NCBI RefSeq assembly: GCF_022539665.2 | Contig: NC_081332.1 | Span: 1,612,001-1,676,000, forward strand | Direction: 5' to 3' | Length of the DNA: 64,000 nucleotides | Source: Daphnia carinata | Lineage: Eukaryota | Part shown: in pieces, positions 63,124-64,000 of the stretch | Layout: every line of letters begins with the position of its first letter | How positions within the stretch are numbered: the stretch's first letter is position 1 | Notes under the pieces: generated by a model | What the model saw: the letters and a program-made list of their open reading frames with translations, nothing else | Database searches by the model: none | What the model was told of the DNA's origin: nothing | Made by a program: the position numbers and the translations under genes

Positions 63124-63262
63124 TCCGTAGCCGTATTCGTCGTAGTAGCTATGTCTACATCCTAAGCCATAACGTTGTATTTTATGGCATTAATATAAGT
63201 TAAGTAGGAATGACGTATTTGTTACCTTTCTATCCATTGCTGTATCCATGTCCATATCCGCC
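63124..63262 (-). pseudogene. Decayed 3' remnant of a Gly/Tyr-rich peptide gene
   Basis: Homologous to about 53469-53605 with the stop mutated. Upstream it joins directly to the homolog of about 46155, so the 5' exons and promoter are deleted. Confidence 0.75.
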
Positions 63263-63870
63263 AAGTAAAATGTCATAAGTTTTCAGGCTGAGCAAAAAGG
63301 TCTTTTAGAAGTGAAGCGTTGCTCCGTTTCTTACCCTGCCCACCTGGTTTCGAGGATGTCATTAGTCGATTTAGTTTTATCTGCTTCCAGTAGAATGTGA
63401 AAAACAGCTGAACAAGCGATAGCTCTCCCTTCCCCCAGTTGCAGCATTTGATTCACAATGTTCAAAACGCCTCAGTCCATCGCTAGACAGAGACCTAGAA
63501 ACAACGTGGCTGTGTAGTTGTACGTTGTAGAGAGACTTAAGCATGTGGCTGAGTCTTTGATCTGCCAAGTTGAAGATCAAGCGACTAAGAAGATACATGC
63601 TGAACGTAAAAAGGTAAGCAAAATGAATGATTTAGATTTCGATTAGTTACCTGGATCACGAAAGTGATTTTTGGTTAGGGTTTGTACGACCATTCTGGGA
63701 TGCAATTCTTGTGCCCTCGTTTATGGTCAGCCGTAGCTTTAACCCATGATCCCAATGTTGTATTTTATTGGCCTCTCCATGGTGGTGTCCAAACGTGCTA
63801 ATTGAAAATGAATCAATAGCAATTATGCAAGGAAAAGCAGAATTTGTTCACGCCAAGCGATATCCCGTGT

Positions 63871-63943
63871 GCCTTTGTGGCATAATGGATAAGGCACCGG
63901 CCTCCTAAGCCGGGGATTGCGGGTTCGAATCCCGCTAGAGGTA
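63871..63943 (+). tRNA. tRNA-Arg(CCT)
   Basis: 73 nt; anticodon and T arms intact; one D-stem substitution. Confidence 0.72.
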
Positions 63944-64000
63944 TGCACGAAGTTAATTGTTGTTTAGTATTGATTACGGAAGATGTATATAGACGTATAC

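Noticed and set aside
6027..63943. tRNA-derived SINE family as the explanation for the many tRNA copies
   Set aside because: No common body or tail, poly-A or target-site duplications were seen. Copies sit in homologous flanks, indicating segmental duplication.
1..64000. Transposable elements or prokaryotic-type systems
   Set aside because: No transposase, RT or integrase motifs, terminal repeats or operon structure were recognised; the sequence is intron-rich eukaryotic DNA.

Overview
AT-rich, gene-dense eukaryotic DNA with very short (about 55-90 nt) GT-AG introns, most consistent with a branchiopod crustacean such as Daphnia (inference, not a database result). The window is a mosaic of tandem and inverted segmental duplications built from four parts. 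(1) 13 intact three-exon cuticular-protein genes with a pro-resilin-type RR-2 chitin-binding domain and AYSAP/AYKAP or SRTYSAPV-rich tails, plus one 3' fragment. (2) Five apparently intact multi-exon CLCA-family genes (HExxH zinc metalloprotease, vWA, FnIII, C-terminal TM) in two subfamilies, plus a 5'-truncated pseudogene. (3) Five small secreted Gly/Tyr-rich (GGY-repeat) peptide genes plus two deleted remnants. (4) Many tRNA-Arg(CCT) and intron-containing tRNA-Ile(TAT) genes and pseudogenes that were co-duplicated with the protein genes. Promoters carry TATA+Inr, recurrent NF-kB-consensus decamers and, for some peptide genes, Grainy head-type AACCGGTT sites. This suggests, as a hypothesis only, a co-regulated epidermal barrier/immune cluster. 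No transposon, CRISPR or rRNA feature could be supported.
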